The notes under the pieces are model-generated. The model searched no databases. It was not told the origin of the DNA and was given only the letters and a program-made list of their open reading frames with translations. Source: Treponema sp. (GTDB taxonomy: Bacteria > Spirochaetota > Spirochaetia > Treponematales > Treponemataceae). Taken from it: a stretch of DNA of 58,887 nucleotides. The stretch lies in assembly GCA_045534325.1 (NCBI GenBank), contig JAZSJM010000037.1, positions 1-58,887 of the forward strand. Reading direction: 5' to 3'. How positions within the stretch are numbered: the first letter of the stretch is position 1; each line of letters starts with the position of its first letter. This document shows, one piece after another, positions 38,438 through 47,772 of the stretch. The position numbers and the translations under genes are program-made.

Positions 38438-38526
38438 GCGTGAGGGATCGTTGCAAAAACACCGCAGCAAAGCGAGGAGTTGAAGCAAGAGCCCGACCGT
38501 CTGCCTTTTGGCAGACGGGCACGCCC
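38438..38526 (+). repeat. Structured repeat copy E6
   Basis: GCGTGAGGGATCGTTGC..ACCGCAGC-AAA-GCGAGGA..GCAAGAGCCCGACC-hairpin-GGGCACGCCC. Confidence 0.85.
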
Positions 38527-38530
38527 TTTT

Positions 38531-41143
38531 TTATTTTAAGAATTCTTTGTTGTCGTATGCTGCGCGTAAAATTTCTTTTATATCAGATACAACTGGAACC
38601 CTAGGATTTGCAGGTGAACACTGGTCTTCGTAAGCAAGGAAAGAAAGTTTATCAAGGCTATCCATCCAAGCTTTTTCATCGATTCCCTGACTCTTAAAGT
38701 TCATTTCGATTCCTACGTTACGACCAAGTTCTCCACAGGCTTTGGCGTAAGACTCTACACCTTCTGCTGTTGTTTTTGCTGGAAGACCGAGCATGCGTGC
38801 AAGTTCTGCATATCGTTCTGCGGCTTTGTAATAATTGTATTTTGGCCAGGTCGAAAGTTTTGTAGGCTGTGTTCCGTTATATCGGATTGTAAACGGTAAT
38901 AAAATTGCATTTGCCCGTCCATGAGGAACATGGAATTCGCCGCCAACCTTGTGAGCCATTGAGTGATTCATTCCGAGGAATGCGTTTGCAAAAGCCATGC
39001 CAGCAAGACAAGAAGCATTATGCATTTTTTCTTTGGCTTCCATGTCAGCTGCTCCGTTTTTATATGAGCGCTCAAGATATTGAAATACCATTTTTATTGC
39101 TTGAATACAAAGTCCGTCTGTAAAATCATTTGCCAAAGTTGAAACATAGGCTTCAGTTGCATGAGTAAGAACATCCATACCTGTGTCTGCAACAATTTTT
39201 GAAGGAAGGTTTTCAACAAATGAAGGGTCGATAATTGCGATTGTTGGTGTAAGTGAGTAGTCAGTAAGAGGATATTTTTTGTTTTCTTCCTTATCTGTGA
39301 TTACGGCAAAGGGCGTAACCTCTGAACCTGTTCCTGATGTTGTAGGAATACAGACAAGATGTGCTTTTTTTCCAAGATCAGGATAGCGGAATGCACGCTT
39401 ACGTATATCCATAAATTTCTGTTTAAGGTCATTAAAGTCAACTTCCGGATACTCATAAAAAAGCCACATACCCTTTGCACAGTCCATTGCAGAACCACCG
39501 CCGAGAGCAATAATTGTGTCCGGCTGGAAACTTCTCATAAGTTCAACACCTTCACGTACTGTCTGAATTGAAGGATCTGGTTCTACATCGCAGAAGAGCT
39601 GGTACTGAACAGGATCTCGTCTAAGTTTTAGCTGATCTGTGATTTTATCTACAAATCCTAAATCTACCATTGAGCGGTCTGTTACGATAATTACTTTGTG
39701 AATACCTTTCATCTGATGCAGATATTCAATTGAATCACGTTCAAAGAAAATTTTTGCCGGAACTTTAAACCACTGCATATTGTTTCGTCTCCTGCCGAGT
39801 TTTTTTACATTTAAGAGGTTAATTGCACTTACGTTATCATCTGTGGAATTGTGGCCGTATGAACCGCACCCTAAGGTAAGTGAAGGAATAAATGAATTGT
39901 AAACGTTTCCGATTCCACCAAAAGTAGAAGGTGAATTCCAAATTATGCGGATTGCAGGTACGAGGTCTCCAAAGCGTTCTGCAAGTTTTTTATCTGTCGT
40001 GTGAATTGCAGCCGAGTGTCCAAGACCATTAAATCGTACAGATGCCTCTGCTTTTTTAAGCCCGTCTTCTGTGTCCTTTGCTTTTACAACGGCAAGAACA
40101 GGACTCAATTTTTCACGGGTTAAGCACTCTTCTACTCCCACATCCTTACATTCAGCAAGAATAATTGTCGTGCCTTCAGGAACTTTAAATCCAGCGTTTT
40201 TTGCAACATTCTGAGGTGACATGCCTACAACATCTGGATTAAGTTTTGCAACTGAAGGGTCTCCTGTTACACCAAACATGTATTTTTCAAGAAGTTTCTT
40301 TTCTTCTGCTGTTGCAAGATATGCCCTGTATTCCTTAAAAAGTTTTATTGCATCAGAATAAATCTCTTTATCGATAATAGCTGTCTGTTCGGACGCACAA
40401 ACCATGCCATTATCAAATGATTTGGACATTACGATATCATTTATTGCCTGTTTTAAATTGCAACTTTTTTCTACATAAGCAGGAACATTTCCAGCGCCTA
40501 CACCAAGTGCAGGTTTTCCACATGAATAAGCTGCCTTAACCATTGCGTTTCCGCCAGTTGCAAGAATTGTTGCCACATCAGGATGATTCATCAAAAGCGA
40601 TGTTTTTTCCATTGATGGTTCTTCTATCCATTGAATACAGTTTTCTGGGGCTCCGGCAGAAATTGCAGCTTCATAAACAATGCGTGCCGCTTCTATTGAA
40701 CATTTTATTGCGCTCGGATGAAACGAAAATATAATCGGATTTCGAGTTTTAAGACAAATAAGAGATTTAAAAATTGCTGTTGATGTAGGGTTCGTAACTG
40801 GTGTAAGAGCTGCAACAACGCCAACTGGTTCAGCAATTTTTACAATACCCGATACTTCATCGTCTTCTACAATACCTACTGTTTTTAAGTGTCGCATGTG
40901 ATTTACAACATATTCACAGGCAAAAAGATTTTTTGTGGCCTTATCTTCAAAAACACCGCGTTTTGTTTCTTCTACGGCAAGTTTTGCAAGAGCACCATGA
41001 TGATCAAGGGCAGCAACACTAGCTTTTGCAACGATGTAATCAATTTTTTCCTGATCAAAAGAAGAAAAATCATTTAATGCCTTAACAGCCTTTTCTACAA
41101 GACCATTAATCTCTTTTTGAGGTTCTGTTAATTTTTCGCTCAT
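38531..41143 (-). CDS. adhE: Bifunctional acetaldehyde-CoA/alcohol dehydrogenase
   Basis: PVTNPTST, FDNGMVCASEQ, SLTLGCGSYG, ALGGGS.MD, IPTTSGTGSE, NHSMAHK; start ATG 41143 with GGAG RBS. Confidence 0.96.
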   Translation of the reverse strand: MSEKLTEPQKEINGLVEKAVKALNDFSSFDQEKIDYIVAKASVAALDHHGALAKLAVEETKRGVFEDKATKNLFACEYVVNHMRHLKTVGIVEDDEVSGIVKIAEPVGVVAALTPVTNPTSTAIFKSLICLKTRNPIIFSFHPSAIKCSIEAARIVYEAAISAGAPENCIQWIEEPSMEKTSLLMNHPDVATILATGGNAMVKAAYSCGKPALGVGAGNVPAYVEKSCNLKQAINDIVMSKSFDNGMVCASEQTAIIDKEIYSDAIKLFKEYRAYLATAEEKKLLEKYMFGVTGDPSVAKLNPDVVGMSPQNVAKNAGFKVPEGTTIILAECKDVGVEECLTREKLSPVLAVVKAKDTEDGLKKAEASVRFNGLGHSAAIHTTDKKLAERFGDLVPAIRIIWNSPSTFGGIGNVYNSFIPSLTLGCGSYGHNSTDDNVSAINLLNVKKLGRRRNNMQWFKVPAKIFFERDSIEYLHQMKGIHKVIIVTDRSMVDLGFVDKITDQLKLRRDPVQYQLFCDVEPDPSIQTVREGVELMRSFQPDTIIALGGGSAMDCAKGMWLFYEYPEVDFNDLKQKFMDIRKRAFRYPDLGKKAHLVCIPTTSGTGSEVTPFAVITDKEENKKYPLTDYSLTPTIAIIDPSFVENLPSKIVADTGMDVLTHATEAYVSTLANDFTDGLCIQAIKMVFQYLERSYKNGAADMEAKEKMHNASCLAGMAFANAFLGMNHSMAHKVGGEFHVPHGRANAILLPFTIRYNGTQPTKLSTWPKYNYYKAAERYAELARMLGLPAKTTAEGVESYAKACGELGRNVGIEMNFKSQGIDEKAWMDSLDKLSFLAYEDQCSPANPRVPVVSDIKEILRAAYDNKEFLK

Positions 41144-41263
41144 ATAGAAACTCCATATATTTATCACCACTTTTCATTTTAAATGAGAGAGGTATTGAAT
41201 TTTACAAAAGTGTACTAGTTATAATTATAGACCGTTTTTTTTCAGTTATCATTTAAGAAATTG

Positions 41264-42460
41264 TTATTCGTGCTTTATTATCAGACTTGCATTACAGCCG
41301 CCAAAGGCAAAACTATTGCTCATGCAGCAGTGAATTTTTTTTGTTACTTCAGTATTTTTTATCAGATTCAATTCTGGAATTTCTTCATCCTGTTCACCAT
41401 CCCACACATGAATCGGCAACTTCTGGCTTTTTATTGTATAAAAGCAGACTGCCAGTTCAAGGCTTGCTGCAGCTCCCAGAGTATGTCCTGTAAGGGGCTT
41501 TGTAGAAGAACATGGAACTTTAGATGTTTCATTTTTAAAAACATTATAAATGCCTTTACCTTCCATGCTGTCGTTTAAATGGGTGCCTGTTCCATGAAGG
41601 TTTATATAATCAATATCTTCAGGCATTAATGATGCATCTTTTAAAGATGCACTCATAGCTCTCGCCGCTCCGCTTCCATCTGCAAGAGGAGCCGTCATAT
41701 GGCTTGCGTCAGAACTTTCTCCTGTACCTGCCAAAATAATTTGTGTCTTATCCAAATCATCGCGGCTTAATACAAAAATTGAAGCTCCCTCGCCAAGATT
41801 TATTCCATTTCGATTTTTTGAAAAAGGATTTGTTTTTTCATGGCTTACCGCCTCCAGACTGTCAAATCCTAGCAAAACTGTGTCCGAGGCAATATCAATG
41901 CCACCAGCGATTACTGCGTCGCACACTCCCGAAAGAATAAGCTCTTTTGCTTTTATTATCGCACTGGCACTAGAAGAACAGGCGGTAGAAAACGCAAGGG
42001 AAATTCCTTTTACTCCAAATTTTTTTTGTGTATATACAGCAGGATAATCTGCCCCCTGCGCTTTTAAATCGTATCCGGCAGGAAAAGCTCCTTCAGTAAA
42101 AAACGATTTATGAGCATTAAACGACAGAAAACTGCCATTGTCGCATGAACCGATACAAACTCCAACCCTCTCTGCCCCATAAGCAGAAACTGCTTCTTGA
42201 ACAGCGTCTTTCACCCCACAGAGCGCAAAATCAAGAATCTGCAAAATCCGCATATCAAATTTATCACCAGTAGGTTTTAATAGATTATCTTCAATTTTTC
42301 CAACATAGTATTTTTTTATGCCGTCTTCTCCACTTAGACCGCATTCAATCTGTTTTATGCCATCACGATTACCACAAGAGAAATTTTTTATAAATGAATC
42401 TGTATCGCAAGAGTTTCCCGCAGCACAGATAAATCCTGGATTAGAAAGATATATATTCAT
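41264..42460 (-). CDS. Beta-ketoacyl-ACP synthase (aryl-polyene-cluster-like KAS)
   Basis: STACSSS, GINLGEGA, NLHGTGT, KPLTGHTLGAA, SNSFAFGGCN. Confidence 0.88.
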   Translation of the reverse strand: MNIYLSNPGFICAAGNSCDTDSFIKNFSCGNRDGIKQIECGLSGEDGIKKYYVGKIEDNLLKPTGDKFDMRILQILDFALCGVKDAVQEAVSAYGAERVGVCIGSCDNGSFLSFNAHKSFFTEGAFPAGYDLKAQGADYPAVYTQKKFGVKGISLAFSTACSSSASAIIKAKELILSGVCDAVIAGGIDIASDTVLLGFDSLEAVSHEKTNPFSKNRNGINLGEGASIFVLSRDDLDKTQIILAGTGESSDASHMTAPLADGSGAARAMSASLKDASLMPEDIDYINLHGTGTHLNDSMEGKGIYNVFKNETSKVPCSSTKPLTGHTLGAAASLELAVCFYTIKSQKLPIHVWDGEQDEEIPELNLIKNTEVTKKIHCCMSNSFAFGGCNASLIIKHE

Positions 42461-42492
42461 TGCATTCCTCAGTTTTTTTGCGGTTTTTTGTG

Positions 42493-42936
42493 TCAGACAT
42501 TGCCGTCTGATGTATTTTCAAGCAGCTTTTCGACCTTATCAGTAAAAATTTTTGGGCATACAAACTGAGTTTCGTTTGTTTTTCCATCCACGCACATCTG
42601 GCTTACGCTGCCTTTAGTCGTAAGTTCATTTGTATGGGCATTATAAAGCTCAAAATTGATTTTTATCATATTTTCCCATTCAACTAAAACTGCTTTTGCC
42701 TTGCATACATCGCCAAAACGAAGTGATTTTACATACTTAGCTTTTACTTCAGTAACTGGAAAAATATAACCAGATTTTTCCATATCGATATAGTTATAAC
42801 CTATTTTATCCAGAAGAGCACATCGCGCTCGTTCAAAATAATTTATATAGTTTCCGTGCCACACAATTTTCATGGGATCACAGTCATTAAAATCTACCTT
42901 AAACTCAATCGATGTTTGCAAATATTTTTTTTCCAT
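42493..42936 (-). CDS. YbgC-like acyl-CoA thioesterase (ApeK-like)
   Basis: V.F.DCDPMKIVWHGNY..YFE.AR; start ATG 42936. Confidence 0.85.
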   Translation of the reverse strand: MEKKYLQTSIEFKVDFNDCDPMKIVWHGNYINYFERARCALLDKIGYNYIDMEKSGYIFPVTEVKAKYVKSLRFGDVCKAKAVLVEWENMIKINFELYNAHTNELTTKGSVSQMCVDGKTNETQFVCPKIFTDKVEKLLENTSDGNV

Positions 42937-42974
42937 AAAAAAATTATAAAATAAATAAAGGTGATTATCTAGAA

Positions 42975-43073
42975 GGGCGTTCCCCAAGTGAACTTGGGGC
43001 GGGCTTTTCGTGGTTACATTCGACGGTCAACAAGTGCCCGCCGAACGCTTCGCGCCACTACAATCCCTAACGC
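42975..43073 (-). repeat. Structured repeat copy E8
   Basis: Minus strand GCGTTAGGGATTGTAGTGG...CCACGAAAAGCCCG-hairpin-GAACGCCC. Confidence 0.85.
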
Positions 43074-43089
43074 ACATGGAGGTTTGTTT

Positions 43090-44043
43090 TTACTCCCAAA
43101 AATCAAAAAAATTGTACCACTGATACGGGTGCTCTTTAACACGGACAGTAAGTTCTTCGATAAAATTTTGTGCAGTCTTAATAATACGGTTTTCCCTTTC
43201 TTTTCGAGTGCAATCAAATGTAACGTCATTCTTTTTTACATACATATCGTAGGATGGATTTAAGGTCAAATCACTGTGCCTCATACCAAAAACAAAATAT
43301 GTCGGAGCATTTAAAAGAGAAATCATCAAATAAACGCCATAAGGAAACTTTGCTTTACGCCCCAAAAAATCAAATTCAATAAATCTGTCTGAATGTGAAC
43401 CTATTCTGTCGCCGGCAATTACAACAAGTTCTCCTTTTTTTAGCCTTTCTTCCAGAATAAAAATTGTATCTGGTCCTATACTGTCTGAGCTTATCACATG
43501 AAAAGTTGAATCTGGATTAACATGTTCCAAAAGCTTTGTAAATCCGCCTGTCATTTTTATATCCATCACACTTGTAATGTCTATTTTGCGTCTGGTTCCA
43601 GCTTCATTCATTGATGCAAGGGCTTTCATCATCTGTGCATTTCCAAGATGACTTACAAGTAAAATAGCACCTTCTCCCGAATTTATTTTTTCCACAAGGT
43701 TATAAACATCGTCATTCTGCCATGAAACGTTTTTAAACGAAAATTTTTTTGCCCAGCCTTGCAGGTTTTCCACGACATTCAAGGCAAAAGAAATAAAATG
43801 TTTTAGTGTGGAAGGTCTTTTTTTATTAAAATCCGCACCTGCAGAATACGCTGCCGTTAAAAACGTTTTTGAAAAATTCCTGTCTTTTGCAGAAAAAATC
43901 CAGTAAAAAAATCCAATTATATAGGCCAGAAACCGCATGAATAACGACGGAAAGCATTTTAACACAAAAAGCATCATAAAATATCCCAATCCGGAACGAG
44001 ATTTTTCTTTCTGGTTAAACCATTTTCCGTTATTTTGATTCAT
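43090..44043 (-). CDS. LpxL-like lipid acyltransferase (ApeJ C-terminal-like)
   Basis: SHLGN, IAGDR, FLG..A.FP.G, HPYQWYNFFDFW. Confidence 0.85.
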   Translation of the reverse strand: MNQNNGKWFNQKEKSRSGLGYFMMLFVLKCFPSLFMRFLAYIIGFFYWIFSAKDRNFSKTFLTAAYSAGADFNKKRPSTLKHFISFALNVVENLQGWAKKFSFKNVSWQNDDVYNLVEKINSGEGAILLVSHLGNAQMMKALASMNEAGTRRKIDITSVMDIKMTGGFTKLLEHVNPDSTFHVISSDSIGPDTIFILEERLKKGELVVIAGDRIGSHSDRFIEFDFLGRKAKFPYGVYLMISLLNAPTYFVFGMRHSDLTLNPSYDMYVKKNDVTFDCTRKERENRIIKTAQNFIEELTVRVKEHPYQWYNFFDFWE

Positions 44044-44794
44044 GAATAAGCCGCCATAAAAGTTTTGGAATACGTATTATCATTCCGCAGCAAAGTCTTG
44101 TAAAAACCCAGCTGATTCTTACGTTATCCCTCACAACATGAAAATTTGAAATTCCGTCACTTGGATATGTTACTTTTACTGGATAATATTCAAACAAAAG
44201 TCCTTTCCAGATAAGTTTAACGAGAATTTCTATATCAAACCCCATGCGCAAATCCAAAGAATGTGTTTTTAAAAATTCAACTGTTTCCTTGATTGGATAA
44301 ATACGAAATCCACACATGGAATCTTTTATTCCCCGCTTCCATGTAACAACTGAACACCAGTTATTGGCAAATTTCCGTCCATTTTTTCGATGGCCTGGAA
44401 CAGTTTCGTCATATTCAGGATATCCCAAAATCATGGATGATGGAGAATTCTTTGCCCTGTTAAAGAAAAAATCTGCGCGAGTCCAATCATGCTGTCCGTC
44501 TGCGTCCAATTGCAGCACATGAGAAAAACCCATTTCCTGTGCACGAATGATTCCTGCCTTAAACGCACCGCCTTTTCCGCTATTTTTTTTAAGAACAACA
44601 AGCTCTATCAGTTCGGGGAAAGAATTCCTGAGGTTTTCAAGACAAAGTTTTGTTTCATCGGTGTTCCCATCATCAACAAGAATAATTTTTATTTTATTTT
44701 CGGTGCAATACAAAACCATTTGTCTGACCATGGCTTCACATGCTTTTCCGTGACGATAAACGGGTATTAAAAATGCAGGGGAAAATGAATTCAT
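44030..44794 (-). CDS. Glycosyltransferase family 2 (ApeJ N-terminal-like)
   Basis: IPVY.H, VDDG, N.GKG.A, QLDADGQH, DSMCGFRIYP, RMGFDIEILV, GISNF. Confidence 0.88.
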   Translation of the reverse strand: MNSFSPAFLIPVYRHGKACEAMVRQMVLYCTENKIKIILVDDGNTDETKLCLENLRNSFPELIELVVLKKNSGKGGAFKAGIIRAQEMGFSHVLQLDADGQHDWTRADFFFNRAKNSPSSMILGYPEYDETVPGHRKNGRKFANNWCSVVTWKRGIKDSMCGFRIYPIKETVEFLKTHSLDLRMGFDIEILVKLIWKGLLFEYYPVKVTYPSDGISNFHVVRDNVRISWVFTRLCCGMIIRIPKLLWRLIHESK

Positions 44795-44990
44795 GAAATC
44801 ATAGTATAAAAAAAAGTTTTTTATCTCAATGGAAATTTAATGGCTTAAAGCTTTTTCACACAATTGTTTTCGAGATTTTTCTAGTCGATTTTTATTTTTA
44901 TTATTAAATTTATTCATATATGAATGGAGGTATCTTTTTTTTTACCTCCACATTACACTGTTCATTCTAAAACGTTTAGGAGAAAAATAA

Positions 44991-46958
44991 ATGGCACAGT
45001 ATCAGTTTCAAACAGAAGTAAATCAGCTTCTTAAATTGATTATTCACTCAATGTACTCTAACAAAGATATTTTTCTTAGAGAAATTATTTCCAATGCCTC
45101 AGATGCTATCGACAAATTAAATTACTTAAAAGTATCTGACGATTCTTATAAAAACTTAAAAACAGAACCAAGGATCGACATATCATTTAATGATACTGCA
45201 AAAATCTTAACTGTTCAGGATACCGGTATTGGTATGACAGAAGAAGATTTAAACAATAACTTAGGTACAATTGCCCGCTCAGGAACAAAGGCCTTTATCG
45301 AAAAAATGGCTGAAGAAAAAGCCGAAGGCGAATCAAATCTAATCGGACAGTTTGGTGTAGGTTTTTACTCAGCATTTATGGCAGCTAAACAGATAAATGT
45401 TTATACACGCAAAGCACTTACAGATAAAATTTACAAATGGTCTTCTGACGGCACAAATTCTTACACAATTGAGGAAGTTGCTCCGGATAGTGATGCTGCT
45501 AAAAAGTATGGTTTTGACAACTCGGATACCCATGGTTCAGCAATCGAAATGGTCTTAAATGATGAAAGCAAAGATTATGCATCTAGATGGAAAGTAGAAG
45601 AACTTGTAAAACGTTATTCTGACCATATTGCCTTCCCAATTTATCTTCATTATTCACAGAACAAATACGATGATAAAGGAAATATCACAGGAAGCGAAAA
45701 TAAAGTTGATCAGGTAAACAGTGCTTCTGCTCTTTGGAAAAAATCAAAATCTGAGCTTAAGGAAGAAGACTATAATAACTTCTACAAAACAATAAGCCAC
45801 GATTCAACGGATCCTCTTCACTATATTCATACCCATGCAGAAGGAACTCAAGAATACACAACTCTTTTCTATGTTCCTTCTCAGGCTCCCTTTGATATGT
45901 ACCAGTCGGATTACCAGAGCGGTGTAAAACTTTATGTAAAACGTGTGTTTATTACAGATGATGACCGCGAGCTTTTACCCTCTTATCTGCGTTTTGTACG
46001 TGGTATTATCGATTCTGAAGATTTACCTCTTAACGTCAGCCGCGAAATTTTGCAGCAGAACAGAATCCTAGACAATATAAAATCTGCTTCTGTAAAAAAA
46101 CTTTTATCTGAATTTAAGAAAATGGGTGAAGAAGCTGATAAAGCAAGAAAAGCAGAAAAACCTACTGATGAAGAAAAGAAATCAATAGAAAAATGGAATA
46201 AATTTGTTGAAAATTTTAATCGTCCTATAAAAGAAGGCCTTTATCAAGATTATGCAAATCGTGATGAACTTTCAGAAATTGTTCGCTTTAAATCTACTGA
46301 CGACAGCGGAAATGGAGACGGTAAATGGACAAGCTTTAAGGATTATGTTTCGCGCATGAAGAGCGACCAGAAAGCAATTTACTACATCACCGGCAATAAT
46401 GAAAAAAATCTACGAGCTTCTCCTCTACTTGAAGCATACAAGAAAAAGGGATTCGAAGTTCTTATCATGGCAGACGATATTGACGATATCGTTATTCCAA
46501 GCCTGATGAAATATAAGGATTTTGACCTGAAAGGTGTTAACCGTGCTGGTTCAGATGATGAACTTGGAATTGATAAAGAAGAAGCAAAAAAGAAAGAGGA
46601 AGAATTCAAATCTGTTCAGGAAAAGCTTAAAAAAGCTCTGGGCGAACGCGTTAAGGATGTTGTTCTCTCTAAGCGCTTAAGCGACAGCCCATCTTGTGTT
46701 GTTGTTGATGAAAATGATCCTGGCATTCAGATGGAACGAATGATGAGGGCAATGGGTCAGATGGCTCCAGCAGTAAAACCAATCCTCGAAGTTAATGCAG
46801 ATCATAAAATCGTTCAGACATTAAAAGATACAAACGATGAAACTTACATTGCAAATGTCGCAGAAGTTCTTCTTGATCAGGCACTTCTTGCCAGCGGAGC
46901 AGAACTTTCAAGTCCTGCAGACTTTATAAAAGCAATGAATACTCTTATTGCAAAATAA
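44991..46958 (+). CDS. htpG: Hsp90 chaperone HtpG
   Basis: YSNKDIFLREIISNASDA, DTGIGM, IGQFGVGFYS, DLPLNVSRE. Confidence 0.97.
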   Translation: MAQYQFQTEVNQLLKLIIHSMYSNKDIFLREIISNASDAIDKLNYLKVSDDSYKNLKTEPRIDISFNDTAKILTVQDTGIGMTEEDLNNNLGTIARSGTKAFIEKMAEEKAEGESNLIGQFGVGFYSAFMAAKQINVYTRKALTDKIYKWSSDGTNSYTIEEVAPDSDAAKKYGFDNSDTHGSAIEMVLNDESKDYASRWKVEELVKRYSDHIAFPIYLHYSQNKYDDKGNITGSENKVDQVNSASALWKKSKSELKEEDYNNFYKTISHDSTDPLHYIHTHAEGTQEYTTLFYVPSQAPFDMYQSDYQSGVKLYVKRVFITDDDRELLPSYLRFVRGIIDSEDLPLNVSREILQQNRILDNIKSASVKKLLSEFKKMGEEADKARKAEKPTDEEKKSIEKWNKFVENFNRPIKEGLYQDYANRDELSEIVRFKSTDDSGNGDGKWTSFKDYVSRMKSDQKAIYYITGNNEKNLRASPLLEAYKKKGFEVLIMADDIDDIVIPSLMKYKDFDLKGVNRAGSDDELGIDKEEAKKKEEEFKSVQEKLKKALGERVKDVVLSKRLSDSPSCVVVDENDPGIQMERMMRAMGQMAPAVKPILEVNADHKIVQTLKDTNDETYIANVAEVLLDQALLASGAELSSPADFIKAMNTLIAK

Positions 46959-46974
46959 AAAATCTTAAATGTAT

Positions 46975-47014
46975 AAAAGACCCCCAGCCGCTTTGCAGCT
47001 GGGGGGCTTATTTT
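46975..47014. terminator. Terminator between convergent htpG and gntR
   Basis: CCCCCAGC/GCTGGGGG stem flanked by A/T runs. Confidence 0.75.
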
Positions 47015-47699
47015 ATAGGTTATTAAATCCTCCGCTCGAAAAAAAACCTGAAAATTCTTTGCTTAAAGGTTCTATTACTTTTGACAATTCAACAAGATGC
47101 TGTTCGTTTATTTTTAGTGCTTTTTCTGTATTACCATTAATAATAGCATCAACAAGTTCTTTATGCTCGTTTTCTACATTATCGCGGATTTTTTCTGCAC
47201 TAAAACTTAGCATTCGGATTCTGTGGTCATTTCCTGTATGACTGCTTACAACATCCCAAAGCCACTGATTATCTGTTTCTTCATAAAAAAAATGGTGTAA
47301 TTCATCATCATATTTTAAGAATTCTTTTTTATCGTTCGCCATCAAACTAGCATTTTGTTGAAGTAAAATTGCTTTTAGTTTTGTTCCTGCAATCTGGCGT
47401 TTACTTTCATTTAATGAATTCATAAACATTTTTAAAACACCAAGTTCAAGATTTTTTCGCATAAACCTTTCCTGATTGATTATCTTTACATCTAAAAGAG
47501 AAACCCGAGTCCCTTTTTGTGGAAAAATATCAATCAGTTTATCAAGGCTCAGATGTAAGAGTGCATCTCTTACTGGCGAACGGCTTACGCCCAGCTCACT
47601 TATAAGCTCATTTACGTTTAGCTCCTGCCCTGGCTCATAATCAAGATTTATGATTCTATCACGCAAAATCTCATAAACAGAAATATCAGTTTTTTTCAT
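47013..47699 (-). CDS. GntR/FadR-family regulator
   Basis: Y..LR..II...Y.PG, LGVSRSPVRDAL, PQKGT.V, FCD D.ELH. Confidence 0.9.
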   Translation of the reverse strand: MKKTDISVYEILRDRIINLDYEPGQELNVNELISELGVSRSPVRDALLHLSLDKLIDIFPQKGTRVSLLDVKIINQERFMRKNLELGVLKMFMNSLNESKRQIAGTKLKAILLQQNASLMANDKKEFLKYDDELHHFFYEETDNQWLWDVVSSHTGNDHRIRMLSFSAEKIRDNVENEHKELVDAIINGNTEKALKINEQHLVELSKVIEPLSKEFSGFFSSGGFNNL

Positions 47700-47772
47700 T
47701 TTTCTCTATTTATTCTCTATAAACTTGAATTGAAGATTTTAAATACTCAATCACAAGATTTATTAATTATCA

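Noticed and set aside
41190-41210. Rex operator upstream of adhE
   Set aside because: Only a half site (TTGTAAAA) matches TTGTGAA-n4-TTCACAA; there is no palindrome.
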